From: an uncultured delta proteobacterium | GTDB taxonomy: Bacteria > Desulfobacterota > Binatia > Binatales > Binataceae | Assembly (NCBI GenBank): GCA_963765675.1 | Contig: CAVXXK010000014.1 | Coordinates: 96,001 to 160,000 of the forward strand | Direction: 5' to 3' | DNA length: 64,000 nt | Part shown: positions 26,828-36,863 of the stretch, piece by piece | How the letters are laid out: every line of letters begins with the position of its first letter | Numbering within the stretch: the stretch's first letter is position 1 | The notes under the pieces: model-generated | The model's input: the letters and a program-made list of their open reading frames with translations, nothing else | What the model was told of the DNA's origin: nothing | The model's database searches: none | Translations under genes and position numbers: made by a program

Positions 26828-28357
26828 TCAATCGTAGGCGGGCACAGGCAGCTCTGACAGGCGCGTGTGGCACATCTCGCAACTGCTGATTTCGCGCTCG
26901 CGTGCTGCAGGGTCGAGCGTGTCGTCAATCCAGCGGCGGAAGGTCTGGTAATTGCGCAACACCTGCGCCGAGTCGGTGCCGACTCCACCAAGGTCATAGT
27001 GAGGCGAATCGATTTCTGCCGCGAACGGACAGGCGTGGAAGCGGCCCTTGGTGGTGAGCACGGGGAAGCATCGCACGCATCCGGTCCCCCTGCCGTGGTA
27101 TTCGGCCTCGCGATCGAGATCGTAGGACCGGCGCGCGCCGGCGCCGGCGTGGAACAATACTTTGTAGCCTTTGAAGACCCGGCCCGGATGGGCAGTGCTC
27201 CAGGCTTCCAACTGCTCCTTTGCGTGAGTCGGCAGCGGCTCGGCGTCGCGGCCATGATAGATCGAATAATTCAGCACCGCCTCGGAGCGCGGGTCACTCT
27301 CGAGGATCTCGATTAGGCGGCCGGCCTTGATGCCATTGGAAAAGACGGTCACCAAACCACTGAAGCCGCGCGACCGGACGTAGCGAATAGCATCGATGAT
27401 CGCGCGGGCATGGAGCGTAGGCTCGCCGCCGTAAAATTTGAGATTGCCGTCGGCCGCGAGCGTCCGCACCGCCTGCTCGAGCACCTCGTGCGAATATGGC
27501 TCGTACCATCCGTGCGGTGAACCACTGATCGTGCACCAATCGCAAGTGCGATTGCAGAAGTTGCCTTCGTACAAATGCAGCTCGCGCAGTTCGCGGTCGG
27601 CCGCAGAGTAGTGCTCGACAGGCTCGTGAAAGAGAATCGGTCCCAAGTGCGGCTCGCGCGCGGAATCGTTCAGTCCCCAGTCATAGATGTTGTAAAGGAC
27701 CTCATAGCCTTCGATCGATCCGGGATCGACGCGAAGATTGCGCGCGATGAATGCCAGGACGCCGCGTCGATAGTCGTCGGCGGTGCCTTGCTTGCCAGCG
27801 AAATCTTCCGCGTACATCTTGAAGATGCGCGAGACGTATATGCGGCGATTCGCGCGGTCGATACGGCAATTCCATTCGCTGCCCAGGAACTGTTCGGTCG
27901 CCGCTCGCAGCGTGTCCTGGATGCCGGTGGGCTCGAAGGCCGCCGTCCGCATCGGAGGACATCCGTTGCTTCCGCAGTTGATCGCGAAGTGGATGCGCGG
28001 CTCGGTAAAGCGTCCGCGCAGGATCTCATGCTCGATCTCGTCGAGGCTGACCGCGCGGCCACCGGCGAGGTGGCGGCGGCGCTGAAAAAATGCGCCATCG
28101 CGCGTCTTCCACACCGAGCTTATGGGATACTCGGCAATGATCGCATGCAGTGTGAAGGCATTGTATGCGTTGAGCCAGTATGCGAGCCGGTCGTCGTCGG
28201 AGGGGAACGCGCCGGGCGAGGACTCGGGACTGGCGGCGGCGAACTCCGCGATCACCAGGTCGAGCTGCTCGCGGCATTCGCCCAGGCGCGCGTAGTCAAC
28301 CTTCCCGTCGGCGGTCACGATTTGCGCAAGCAGGCTGGTCCAATTGTCGTACAGCAT
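26828..28357 (-). CDS. DUF547 + radical SAM fusion protein
   Basis: N-half DUF547 motifs (LAYWLNAYNA, SLDEIEH.ILR, EPRIHFAINC.S.GCP, SRIFK.Y, YDW.LN); C-half CNRTCDWC, GGEP, FSNG and extra Cys (CVRC, CPF, CEMC). Confidence 0.85.
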   Translation of the reverse strand: MLYDNWTSLLAQIVTADGKVDYARLGECREQLDLVIAEFAAASPESSPGAFPSDDDRLAYWLNAYNAFTLHAIIAEYPISSVWKTRDGAFFQRRRHLAGGRAVSLDEIEHEILRGRFTEPRIHFAINCGSNGCPPMRTAAFEPTGIQDTLRAATEQFLGSEWNCRIDRANRRIYVSRIFKMYAEDFAGKQGTADDYRRGVLAFIARNLRVDPGSIEGYEVLYNIYDWGLNDSAREPHLGPILFHEPVEHYSAADRELRELHLYEGNFCNRTCDWCTISGSPHGWYEPYSHEVLEQAVRTLAADGNLKFYGGEPTLHARAIIDAIRYVRSRGFSGLVTVFSNGIKAGRLIEILESDPRSEAVLNYSIYHGRDAEPLPTHAKEQLEAWSTAHPGRVFKGYKVLFHAGAGARRSYDLDREAEYHGRGTGCVRCFPVLTTKGRFHACPFAAEIDSPHYDLGGVGTDSAQVLRNYQTFRRWIDDTLDPAAREREISSCEMCHTRLSELPVPAYD

Positions 28358-28408
28358 GGTTGAAGTAGGTTCACAATAGACGCTATCAAGCGACTACGGC
28401 AACACAAC

Positions 28409-29749
28409 TTGGGCACTCCTCTGCGCATCTGCGTTTTCGCAAAACCTCCGCGGCCCGGTGAGGCGAAGACCCGGCTGATCCCGACGCTCGGCGCCGAGGG
28501 CGCGGCCAATCTTGCGCATGCATTTTTCAAAGACATCTGGGCATCGCTGCAAACGCTCGCGGATGCGGAGCTGATCCTTGTGGTTACCGAAAGCGATCCA
28601 GCATTCGAGGCGATCGGCGCAGAAGTCTGGCTGCAAAGCGACGGAGATCTGGGCGATCGGATGGAGCGCGCGCTGCGTCGCGCGCTGGAGGGCGCTGATT
28701 CTGCCGTAGTCATCGGCAGCGACTTGCCGGGTCTGCCGCTCAGAGTCTTGGAGCAGGCGCGCGAGGCCCTGCGGAGCGGCGCAGCGGTGCTCGGGCCAAG
28801 TGAAGACGGCGGTTTCTACCTGATCGGTCTGACGCGATGCCCCGACGGACTGTTGGCCGATCTGCCCTGGAGTCAGAGCGACACGTGCGAGCAAACCGCG
28901 GCACGCCTACGATCGCACGGGATGAGGGTACAGATGCTCGAGCGCTGGTTCGACATCGACGTGCCGGAGGATCTCGAGCATCTCGAGGAATTGATCGCGC
29001 GCGGAGAAATCTCCGTCCCTGCAACCAGCGCGGCGCTTCAGCAGATCCGCTCAAAGTGGCGTACGCGCATCAGCGTCGTGATTCCAGTGCTCAATGAGGA
29101 AGCGCGCATCGGCCAACGGCTGGAAGAGCTCCGACGTATCGATGGGATCGGCGAGGTGATCGTTGTCGACGGCGGCAGTATCGATCGCACGGTTGCCATC
29201 GCGCGATCGTTTCCCGGCGTCAAGGTGATCGAGGCGAGCCGCGGCCGTGCACGCCAGATGAATGCCGGAGCGGAGGCCGCGAGCGGCGACGCGATACTGT
29301 TTCTTCACGCCGATGTGTCGCTGCCGCCAGACGCCGCAGCGCTGATCAATCGCGCGCTCGATCAACACGGAGCAATCGCAGGCGCGTTCAAGACCTGGAC
29401 AATATCCGATACGCGCGCGAGACGGCTCGAGTTCCTATTGCATCTGGCCGATCTGCGCTCGCGTTACACCTCGCTGCCTTATGGCGACCAGGCGATCTTC
29501 GTCAATGCTCAGGTGTTTCGGGAACTTGGCGGCTATCCGGATCAGCCGTTGATGGAGGATCTCGAATTCAGCCGCAGACTGAAACGCCGCGGCAAGATCG
29601 TTCGAGTGCCGGCGAATGTCACGGTGTCCGGGCGCCGGTTCATCGAGCGCCCAATCTACTACGCCATTTTGATGAATCTCTTTCCGCTGCTCTATCGGCT
29701 GGGCGTGCCTGCTGCGAGTCTTGCACGATTCTATCGGGACTCACGTTAG
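28409..29749 (+). CDS. Fusion of DUF2064/TIGR04282-like (CofC-like) domain and TIGR04283-like GT2 glycosyltransferase
   Basis: FAKPPRPG.AKTRL, Q..GDLG.RM, IGSD.P, LGP.EDGGFYLIG, DID..EDL; then ISVVIPVLNE, VDGGS.D, GRARQMNAGA, FLHAD, PYGDQ, LMED, SGRRF. Confidence 0.88.
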   Translation: MGTPLRICVFAKPPRPGEAKTRLIPTLGAEGAANLAHAFFKDIWASLQTLADAELILVVTESDPAFEAIGAEVWLQSDGDLGDRMERALRRALEGADSAVVIGSDLPGLPLRVLEQAREALRSGAAVLGPSEDGGFYLIGLTRCPDGLLADLPWSQSDTCEQTAARLRSHGMRVQMLERWFDIDVPEDLEHLEELIARGEISVPATSAALQQIRSKWRTRISVVIPVLNEEARIGQRLEELRRIDGIGEVIVVDGGSIDRTVAIARSFPGVKVIEASRGRARQMNAGAEAASGDAILFLHADVSLPPDAAALINRALDQHGAIAGAFKTWTISDTRARRLEFLLHLADLRSRYTSLPYGDQAIFVNAQVFRELGGYPDQPLMEDLEFSRRLKRRGKIVRVPANVTVSGRRFIERPIYYAILMNLFPLLYRLGVPAASLARFYRDSR

Positions 29750-29831
29750 GCCGCGGTACTCTGCGCGACGGCTATGATAACTAGGATGGCGCGCGCGATG
29801 ATCACCCGGTTCGAGTTTCCTCGATTACTCT

Positions 29832-30395
29832 CTACTTTCCGTTGCGAACATCAACGAAGACCGCCGCCGTAACCACGGTGGTCCACAGCCCGTCGCGATC
29901 GCCGATTGCCGACTGGGTAATATTGCGCGTCTGGACGATCTTGTCGGAGAGCTTCCAGATATCTTTGCGCTCGTCGTAGGAGACATTCGGATCAAACTCG
30001 ACGCCGAGCGCGGTCGCGAGCATGGTTGCGGCCAGGTCCTCGGCGTAGTCGCCCGCCTTCTGATCGGTCTGGCCGAAGCTCTTGTGTTCCGAAAGATAGC
30101 CGTACTGCTCTTTGTCGGCGGGGATCGCGAGGCCGACCGACGACGCGATCAGCCGGTGCGGCTCGTTGGTAGAATTATCGTACATCACGGCGTATACAAT
30201 CTGGCCGGCACTCAGAAGTTTCAGTCCGTCTTGTATCGATATGACTTTGCATCCCGGAGGAAAGATCGAGCTGACTCTGACCAGGTTGAACTCCGCAATT
30301 CGCGCGTCGCGCAGCGCCAACTCGAACGAGCTCAATTTCTCGCGATGCTTGCCGACGCCTTTGGTCAGAAAAATTGCGTTCCCGATCGGACCCAT
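29832..30395 (-). CDS. Pyruvoyl-dependent arginine decarboxylase
   Basis: [22 protein letters not shown] (SS cleavage site), YGYLSEH, YAEDLAA.ML. Confidence 0.88.
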   Translation of the reverse strand: MGPIGNAIFLTKGVGKHREKLSSFELALRDARIAEFNLVRVSSIFPPGCKVISIQDGLKLLSAGQIVYAVMYDNSTNEPHRLIASSVGLAIPADKEQYGYLSEHKSFGQTDQKAGDYAEDLAATMLATALGVEFDPNVSYDERKDIWKLSDKIVQTRNITQSAIGDRDGLWTTVVTAAVFVDVRNGK

Positions 30396-30437
30396 CAACG
30401 ATCAGCCTCCATCACAATACCTCCGCGGGTCCATGGA

Positions 30438-31043
30438 TTACTTTAGCGCGCGGACCTTCTGGTTGGCTTCGCGCCCAAGACATTTCTGCAACCACGCTTG
30501 CGCTGCCGGTGTACCGGACAGGTCCAGGCGCATCATTGCGGCCCAGCTCAGCACCGAGGCGACGTTCAGATCCGCGATCGTGAAGGTCTTGCCCAGCAGG
30601 TAGTCTTTGCCTTTCAGCGACTCGTCGAGCGCTTTGAGCGGCCCCTTCAATGACTCCACCGCCGACGCTGCCGCTTTCTCGTCGCGCTTGTCGGGTGGAT
30701 TGAGCACGCGGTTCATAAGGATCGTTATGAGGAGCGGCTCGACTTCAGTCATCGCCCAGAAGCTCCATTTGTAGATATCGGCGTGCGAGGCGATGTCCGA
30801 GGGCCACAACGAACCCTTGCCGTACTTTTCGGCGAGGTAGAGATTGATCGCCAGCGATTCCCAAACCACCGCGCCTTCGTCCTCGAGCACCGGGACATGG
30901 CCGTGCGGATTGCGTTTCAGGTGTTCGGCGGACTTGGCCTCCGTCGTAGGCATCGCAACGTGATCGTACTTGACGCCGAGCTCTTCGAGCGCCCAGAGCG
31001 AGCGGGCACTGCGTGATTTTGAGGTGCCATAAAGTTTGGTCAT
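30438..31043 (-). CDS. Glutathione S-transferase family protein
   Basis: SRS.RSLWALEELG, NPHGHVPVL.D, WESLAINLYLA, FTIADLNVA. Confidence 0.92.
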   Translation of the reverse strand: MTKLYGTSKSRSARSLWALEELGVKYDHVAMPTTEAKSAEHLKRNPHGHVPVLEDEGAVVWESLAINLYLAEKYGKGSLWPSDIASHADIYKWSFWAMTEVEPLLITILMNRVLNPPDKRDEKAAASAVESLKGPLKALDESLKGKDYLLGKTFTIADLNVASVLSWAAMMRLDLSGTPAAQAWLQKCLGREANQKVRALK

Positions 31044-31199
31044 CGTCGATCCTCCGTTAGGTCGAAGCTCAAGTCGTAGTCCAGCCGTGGGGCACGATTC
31101 AAGGGGCGCCGGCACAGCCCTCTGACGCCGACTTGGGAGGTTGCCCCGAAGCGGCAGCTTGAGGCAATCATTGGAGTGGAGATCGATCGAGGTGAAAAA

Positions 31200-31577
31200 A
31201 TGATCAAGCTCGTCTATGTCATTCGAAAGCGTGCGGACGTTTCTGAAAAAGAATTCCACGATTATTGGCTGCATCGGCACGGGCCGCTGGTGACGCGCGT
31301 CGCAAAGGCAATCGGCGCGCGAAAATATGTCCAGAGCCACACGATCCTGCCCGACGCGGGTGCGGCGGTATCGCAATCGCGCAAGATGGCCGAGCCCTAC
31401 GACGGAATCACCGAGGTCTGGTGGGACAGCATCGAAGAGATGCAAGCCGGGTCGAGCACGGCCGAGGGCCAGGAAGCGGGCGAGCTGCTGTTGCAGGACG
31501 AATCGAAATTCATCGACTTCGCGCGTTCCACGATCTTCTTCACCGAGGAACATCTCATTTTCGATTTCAAACGGTAG
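31200..31577 (+). CDS. EthD domain protein
   Basis: MIKLVY..RKR...S..EFHDYW...HGPL, YVQSH, YDGITEVWWDS, DE..FID. Confidence 0.88.
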   Translation: MIKLVYVIRKRADVSEKEFHDYWLHRHGPLVTRVAKAIGARKYVQSHTILPDAGAAVSQSRKMAEPYDGITEVWWDSIEEMQAGSSTAEGQEAGELLLQDESKFIDFARSTIFFTEEHLIFDFKR

Positions 31578-31595
31578 AAGAACGGGGATCTCGAA

Positions 31596-32201
31596 ATGGG
31601 CAAGCTGATACTGGTGCGCCACGGCGAGAGCGAAGGCAACGTCACCCGGATCTTCACCACCACGCCGATGACGCTGGCGCTGACGGAGCTGGGCCGCCTT
31701 CAGGCCCGGCAGGCGGCCGAGCGCATCCGATCGGTGGCAAGTCCGCGGATCGTTATCGCGAGTCCTTACGTTCGCGCGCGCGATACGGGGATTATCATCG
31801 CCCGGCAGTTGACCCTCCCATTCGAGATTCGCGAAGGACTGCACGAGCGGGAAACTGGCGAGTTCGCCGGTAAGCCGTACGAATCAATCCTCCAGGCGCC
31901 GGACTACGATCATTCGCGGCCGTGGCGATGGGTCCCGCCGGGGGGCGAGTCCTATGAACACGTCCGCGATCGAGTCGGCCCGATTCTCGACGAGCTGGTC
32001 GCGCGCTTCCCTGGCGATGATGTCGTGGTGGTCAGTCACGGCGGCGTGATGGTCTCGATGTGGGCGCATATCACGGGCGATTGGGAAGGTGCGCACGTTC
32101 CCGCGAACTGCGGAATCGTTGTCGTTGAGCATCGTAATGGCGGTTACCTCAAGCCTCAGGTGATTGGTGATAATCAATCGCAGCGCGATGCAGGCGGATG
32201 A
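31596..32201 (+). CDS. Histidine phosphatase (PGAM family)
   Basis: LVRHGES..N, SPY.RA.DT, PGGES, VSHGG. Confidence 0.92.
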   Translation: MGKLILVRHGESEGNVTRIFTTTPMTLALTELGRLQARQAAERIRSVASPRIVIASPYVRARDTGIIIARQLTLPFEIREGLHERETGEFAGKPYESILQAPDYDHSRPWRWVPPGGESYEHVRDRVGPILDELVARFPGDDVVVVSHGGVMVSMWAHITGDWEGAHVPANCGIVVVEHRNGGYLKPQVIGDNQSQRDAGG

Positions 32202-32210
32202 GGCGGCGCG

Positions 32211-33227
32211 ATGAAATCGAACAGCTCGCCCACAATTGATCTTCATGCGCATACGATAGTTCCCGAATCCGAAGCGATTGCGCGGTCGGATTCGGGTTGG
32301 GCTCGGGCGAACGAATTGGCTGCGATCGCCAGTGGGAAAGCGTCAGCGGAACAAAACCGCAAACTCATGACGACTGTGTACCGTGCGAAGTTCGCAAGCC
32401 TCGAGACGCGTCTCGGCGCGATGGATGCGATGGGGATTGACGTGCAGACGGTCAGCCTCGCGCCGATCTATCATTACTGGGCGGACAGCGAGCTCGCGCG
32501 GAAAATCGTGGCGAGCGCGAACGAGGGTTTGGCCGGCCTATGCGCGCGCCGGCCCGACCGCCTGGTGGGGCTCGGGATGCTCTCGATGCAGCATCCTGAT
32601 TTGGCGGTCGAGCAATTGGACCACGCGGTTCGCGGCCTGGGACTTAAGGGCGCGATCATCTCAACCGCGGTCAATGAATCCGAAGTCGCCGATCCGCGTT
32701 ACGATCCGTTGTGGACCAAGGCCGAGGAGCTGGACGCCCTGATTTTCCTGCATCCCGCCGGATGTCCGCTGGGCGCGCGGCTTGCTCCCTATTACTTGTC
32801 AAATTTGTTCGGCAACCCCGCCGACACGACTGTCGCGTTGGCGCATCTGATATTTGGCGGAGTTCTCGATCGGTTTCCCCGGTTGAAACTCTGCGCCGCT
32901 CACGGCGGCGGATTCTTTCCATTTTATGTGAGCCGTTTCGATCACGGATGGACCGTCCGGCCAGAATCGCATACCTGCCGCGAAATGCCGAGCAGTTACC
33001 TGCGCCGGATTTGGTTTGATTCGCTGGTCTACTCGCCAGAGCAACTTGAGCTTCTGGTTCGGCGCGCCGGAGTCAGCCAGGTAGTCGTAGGCACTGATTA
33101 TCCATTCGATATGGGCGTGGACGATCCTCTCGAACGTCTGGCCGCCGCGACTGGGTTGAGCAACGACGATCGAGCCGCCATTCGCGGCGACAACGCGGCC
33201 CGAATACTCAATCTGAACTCAAGATAG
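32211..33227 (+). CDS. Amidohydrolase_2 family (ACMSD-like decarboxylase/hydratase)
   Basis: IDLHAH, FLHP, AHGGG, GTDYPFD. Confidence 0.88.
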   Translation: MKSNSSPTIDLHAHTIVPESEAIARSDSGWARANELAAIASGKASAEQNRKLMTTVYRAKFASLETRLGAMDAMGIDVQTVSLAPIYHYWADSELARKIVASANEGLAGLCARRPDRLVGLGMLSMQHPDLAVEQLDHAVRGLGLKGAIISTAVNESEVADPRYDPLWTKAEELDALIFLHPAGCPLGARLAPYYLSNLFGNPADTTVALAHLIFGGVLDRFPRLKLCAAHGGGFFPFYVSRFDHGWTVRPESHTCREMPSSYLRRIWFDSLVYSPEQLELLVRRAGVSQVVVGTDYPFDMGVDDPLERLAAATGLSNDDRAAIRGDNAARILNLNSR

Positions 33228-33256
33228 GAATCTAACGACCTCATCCGGCACGAAGT

Positions 33257-33742
33257 ATGAGCACCACGCACCATCTGATTGTGAATGACAAAGCGTGTGA
33301 GGTAGCCGTCGATCACTACGACACGCCGCTTCTCTATGTTTTGCGCGACGACCTGGGGCTCAAGGGCACGCGGTTTGGCTGCGGCGACGGACAGTGCGGA
33401 TCGTGCATGGTGCTGGTCGATGGACGCGCGGCCAAATCGTGCGAGCTGCCGGTTTGGTCGGCCGAGGGCAAGTCCATCACGACGATTGAAGGTCTCGGAA
33501 CGATTGAGCATCTGAACCCGATTCAGCGGACCATCCTCGACTTCCAGGCGGGTCAATGTGGTTACTGTCTGTCTGGAATCATCATGGCCGCAGCCGAGTT
33601 GATTCAAAGCGAGCAGTGTCCTTCGCGCGAAGCTATTGTCGCTAAGCTGGCCTCGAATCTCTGCCGATGCGGCGCGCATACGAGGATCGTAAACGCAATC
33701 GAAGTGGCGTGGCGCAGAGTTGCGCAGGGAGCCGACGAATGA
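33257..33742 (+). CDS. 2Fe-2S small subunit of a xanthine-dehydrogenase-family enzyme
   Basis: GCGDGQCGSC..LVDG, QCGYC, NLCRCG. Confidence 0.92.
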   Translation: MSTTHHLIVNDKACEVAVDHYDTPLLYVLRDDLGLKGTRFGCGDGQCGSCMVLVDGRAAKSCELPVWSAEGKSITTIEGLGTIEHLNPIQRTILDFQAGQCGYCLSGIIMAAAELIQSEQCPSREAIVAKLASNLCRCGAHTRIVNAIEVAWRRVAQGADE

Positions 33743-35850
33743 GCGCGATCGGCCTTCCGTGGAGTGTGCAGGAAAATCCACGGCTCGGAGATTGGGTTGA
33801 TTTAAGTGAAGCGGGAGTGGTGCGCGCGTTTACGGCCAAGGTCGAACTCGGACAGGGAATAGTCACCGCGATGGCACAAATCGCTGCCGAGGAACTGAGA
33901 CTCCCACTTTCCAGAATTGTGGTGGTTTCGGGCGACACGCGGTACTCGCCGAACGAAAGCTATACCGCCGGCAGCATGTCGATCGAAGTCGGAGGGACAT
34001 CGCTGAGAATCGCATGCGCGGAAGTACGCGAAGCGATCATCGAGAAAGCGGCGCAGATGCTCGCTACGGACGCTGCGCACCTCGCAGTCGACGACGGTGC
34101 GATTCTCGTCGACGGCGTTCGCTCGGCGATTGACTATTGGCAGGTTGCTCCAGAGATCGATTGGGACCGCCGAATTACCGGAAGTGCGCCGCTGAGCGAT
34201 CCGCGCCGATCGACGCAGATCGGAAAGAGCGTCGCGCGTTTTGACCTTCCGAGAAAGATCACGGGTGGAGCATTCATTCATGACCTCGAATTGCCCGGGA
34301 TGCTCCATGCGCGTGTACTGCGTCCGCCATCGAACGGAGCGCGCCTCGAAGCCCTGGACGTGTCGGCGGCGGCACGGCTGCCGGGGGTCGTAAAGATTTG
34401 GCGCAGCGGCGATTTTGTTGGCGTCTGCTGCGAGCGCGAGTATCAGGCGATAAAAGGACTCGAAGCACTTCGTGCGGGCGCAAAATGGATCGAAGACGAG
34501 AATTACCCGATCGACCAGAATTGGGCGCGGAGCCTTCCAGCTATGCGCTCGGTCGAGAGCGAGTCTGAGCTCGGTGCAAAATCCGCTCCGAGCGGTAGCG
34601 CGATCCGGATCTCCGCGACCTACTCGAAACCGCCGCTGGCGCACGCCGCGATGGGCCCGTCGTGCGCGGTCGCATGTTACGACGATGCGAAACTTACCGT
34701 CTGGACTCACTCGCAAGGTGTTTTTCCGCTGCGCGCGGCTTTGTCAGCAGCCCTCAAGATCAATCAGGAATCAATCACCGTGATTCATGTGCCAGGCGCC
34801 GGATGTTACGGGCACAATGGCGCCGACGACGCCGCGCTCGATGCGGCGCTGCTCGCGCGCGAGGTTCCGTCGCGTCCGGTGCGGGTGCAGTGGATGCGCG
34901 ATGATGAACTCGCGTGGTCGCCGTTCGGCTCGCCGATGGTGGTGAAGATTGAGGGTATAGTCACTCCGGAGGGAAAGATCGCCGACTGGGCGACTGAGAT
35001 TTGGAGTGCTCCTCATGGACGGCGGCCGAGCGGCCGCGCAACCAATCTGCTCGGCGCGGCGCACCTCGATCCGCCGGTGCCATTTCCAGAACTGCACGAG
35101 GACATGCGCAGATTTGCGGGAGGGTCGCGCAACTCCGAGCCCTCCTACGAGATGACGCACAGAAAAGTCGTGCTCCACAGCCTGCCTGATCTTCCTTTTC
35201 GTACCTCGGCGCTGCGTACTCTCGGAGGATATGCGAATGTATTCGCGGCCGAGTCCTTCATGGACGAAATGGCCTCGGCGGCGGGAATCGACGCGCTGGA
35301 ATTCAGGCTCCGGAACCTGGCCGATCCGCGTGCGCGCCGGGTCCTGGAAACCGCGGCCGGAATGGCGCGATGGCGTTCGGATTCGGAGCACGGAAAGGGC
35401 AAGGGCCAGGGTATCGGCTTTTGCCGATACAAGAACACCGCAGCCTATGTCGCAGTTGTTGCCGAGGTCGAAGTCGACCAGAATGTTCAGGTCCGAAAAG
35501 TCTACTGCGCGGTTGACGCGGGATTGGTGATCAACCCCGACGGAGTGATTAATCAAATCGAAGGCGGCATTATCCAGTCGATTAGCTGGACGCTGAAAGA
35601 ACAAGTCACTTTCGATCGCGGCCGCGTCGTTACCGCGTCCTGGGAAAACTATCCAATTCTCCGATTCGACGAAGTCCCTGCCGTCGAGGTGAAGCTCCTC
35701 GAGTCGGTGGAGTCCGCATCGTTGGGAGTGGGAGAGGCGGCTCAAGGACCTGCCGCGGCGGCGGTTGCGAACGCTGTCGCGCGAGCGCTCGACTGCCGGA
35801 TTCGCGACCTGCCAATAACTCGCGAACGGATCATCGCAAGCTTTGCATAG
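33739..35850 (+). CDS. Molybdopterin-binding large subunit (IorB/nicotinate dehydrogenase-like)
   Basis: KVELGQG, TAGS.SI, GAGCYGHNGADD, LR.LG..N.FA.ESF.DE, NPDG..NQIEGG, GVGE; ATGA overlap with the small subunit. Confidence 0.9.
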   Translation: MSAIGLPWSVQENPRLGDWVDLSEAGVVRAFTAKVELGQGIVTAMAQIAAEELRLPLSRIVVVSGDTRYSPNESYTAGSMSIEVGGTSLRIACAEVREAIIEKAAQMLATDAAHLAVDDGAILVDGVRSAIDYWQVAPEIDWDRRITGSAPLSDPRRSTQIGKSVARFDLPRKITGGAFIHDLELPGMLHARVLRPPSNGARLEALDVSAAARLPGVVKIWRSGDFVGVCCEREYQAIKGLEALRAGAKWIEDENYPIDQNWARSLPAMRSVESESELGAKSAPSGSAIRISATYSKPPLAHAAMGPSCAVACYDDAKLTVWTHSQGVFPLRAALSAALKINQESITVIHVPGAGCYGHNGADDAALDAALLAREVPSRPVRVQWMRDDELAWSPFGSPMVVKIEGIVTPEGKIADWATEIWSAPHGRRPSGRATNLLGAAHLDPPVPFPELHEDMRRFAGGSRNSEPSYEMTHRKVVLHSLPDLPFRTSALRTLGGYANVFAAESFMDEMASAAGIDALEFRLRNLADPRARRVLETAAGMARWRSDSEHGKGKGQGIGFCRYKNTAAYVAVVAEVEVDQNVQVRKVYCAVDAGLVINPDGVINQIEGGIIQSISWTLKEQVTFDRGRVVTASWENYPILRFDEVPAVEVKLLESVESASLGVGEAAQGPAAAAVANAVARALDCRIRDLPITRERIIASFA

Positions 35851-35867
35851 ACCGCGCGAGTTCGATC

Positions 35868-36767
35868 ATGCCGCGTGACGTCGTCTATCAAGTCGATTCA
35901 AGATGTGAATTGCTGGCGTATCTCGTGAGCCAACAGCCTGCGCATTCGCGTAAACGTGCCAAAGAGTTACTTCGATTTGGTGCCGTCACGGTTCTAGGGA
36001 AGAAAAACGTTCGGCATGATACTCAGTTAGAACCCGGCGACGTCGTCAGCATCGCGGTTCGTGGCGGCCGCGTCGGCAGAGTGAAGCTTTATGGGATCAA
36101 GATTGTCCACCTGGATGAGGCTGTCGTAATCGTTGACAAGCCCGCCGCGTTGCTTTCGATGGGCTCGGAGACGGAGAAACAAAAGACCGCGCATCGAATA
36201 CTAAATGAACACCTCAAAGCGCTCGCCGGCTCGGAGACACAGCAGGCCTTCATAGTCCATCGCCTCGATCGCGAGACTTCTGGACTGATGGTATTTGCGC
36301 GAAGCGAGGCGATTCAGACCGCACTCCAGAAAGATTGGAAGAATGTCACAAAGACCTATCTGGCAGTGGTTGAGGGCGTGCCGGCGGAGACTAAGGGAAC
36401 GTTGACCGACCGTCTGCGCGAGGACGCTTCGATGCTGGTTCGCAGAGTGAGCCATGGCGGTGAGTTGGCCATTACGCACTATCGTGTACGAGACAAACGT
36501 GCGGACAAAGCACTGGTCGAGCTGACTCTCGAAACCGGCCGCAAGCATCAGATCCGGGTACAACTGTCCGGCCTGGGCCATCCGATCGCGGGCGACAAAA
36601 AATACGGAGCGCGCACCGATCCGGCCAATAGATTAGCGCTCCACGCATATCGGTTGAGCTTTCGCCATCCTGCCTCGGGCGCCCTCATGGAGTTCCAGAG
36701 CGCTCTGCCGCAAAGACTACAGTCTCTCGTCGGCCGCCGACGGGCGCCGCTCGGCAAATCGTCGTGA
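35868..36767 (+). CDS. RluA-family pseudouridine synthase
   Basis: VDKPA, VHRLDRETSG, LETGRKHQIRVQ, HPI.GD..YG, LHA. Confidence 0.92.
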   Translation: MPRDVVYQVDSRCELLAYLVSQQPAHSRKRAKELLRFGAVTVLGKKNVRHDTQLEPGDVVSIAVRGGRVGRVKLYGIKIVHLDEAVVIVDKPAALLSMGSETEKQKTAHRILNEHLKALAGSETQQAFIVHRLDRETSGLMVFARSEAIQTALQKDWKNVTKTYLAVVEGVPAETKGTLTDRLREDASMLVRRVSHGGELAITHYRVRDKRADKALVELTLETGRKHQIRVQLSGLGHPIAGDKKYGARTDPANRLALHAYRLSFRHPASGALMEFQSALPQRLQSLVGRRRAPLGKSS

Positions 36768-36863
36768 ATCGAAAACCTAAACTGATTTGGTTGGCATCGT
36801 GCGTCGAGCTAATGATGCCAGCAATGGACTTCGCCGCCAGCAGTGCGGCATAGGAGAAACAAA

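Noticed and set aside
25161-26882. Apparent N-terminal extensions on the CoA-transferase (573 aa) and GST (30438-31844)
   Set aside because: Extensions overlap other genes; internal ATG starts at 26393 and 31043 give normal family lengths
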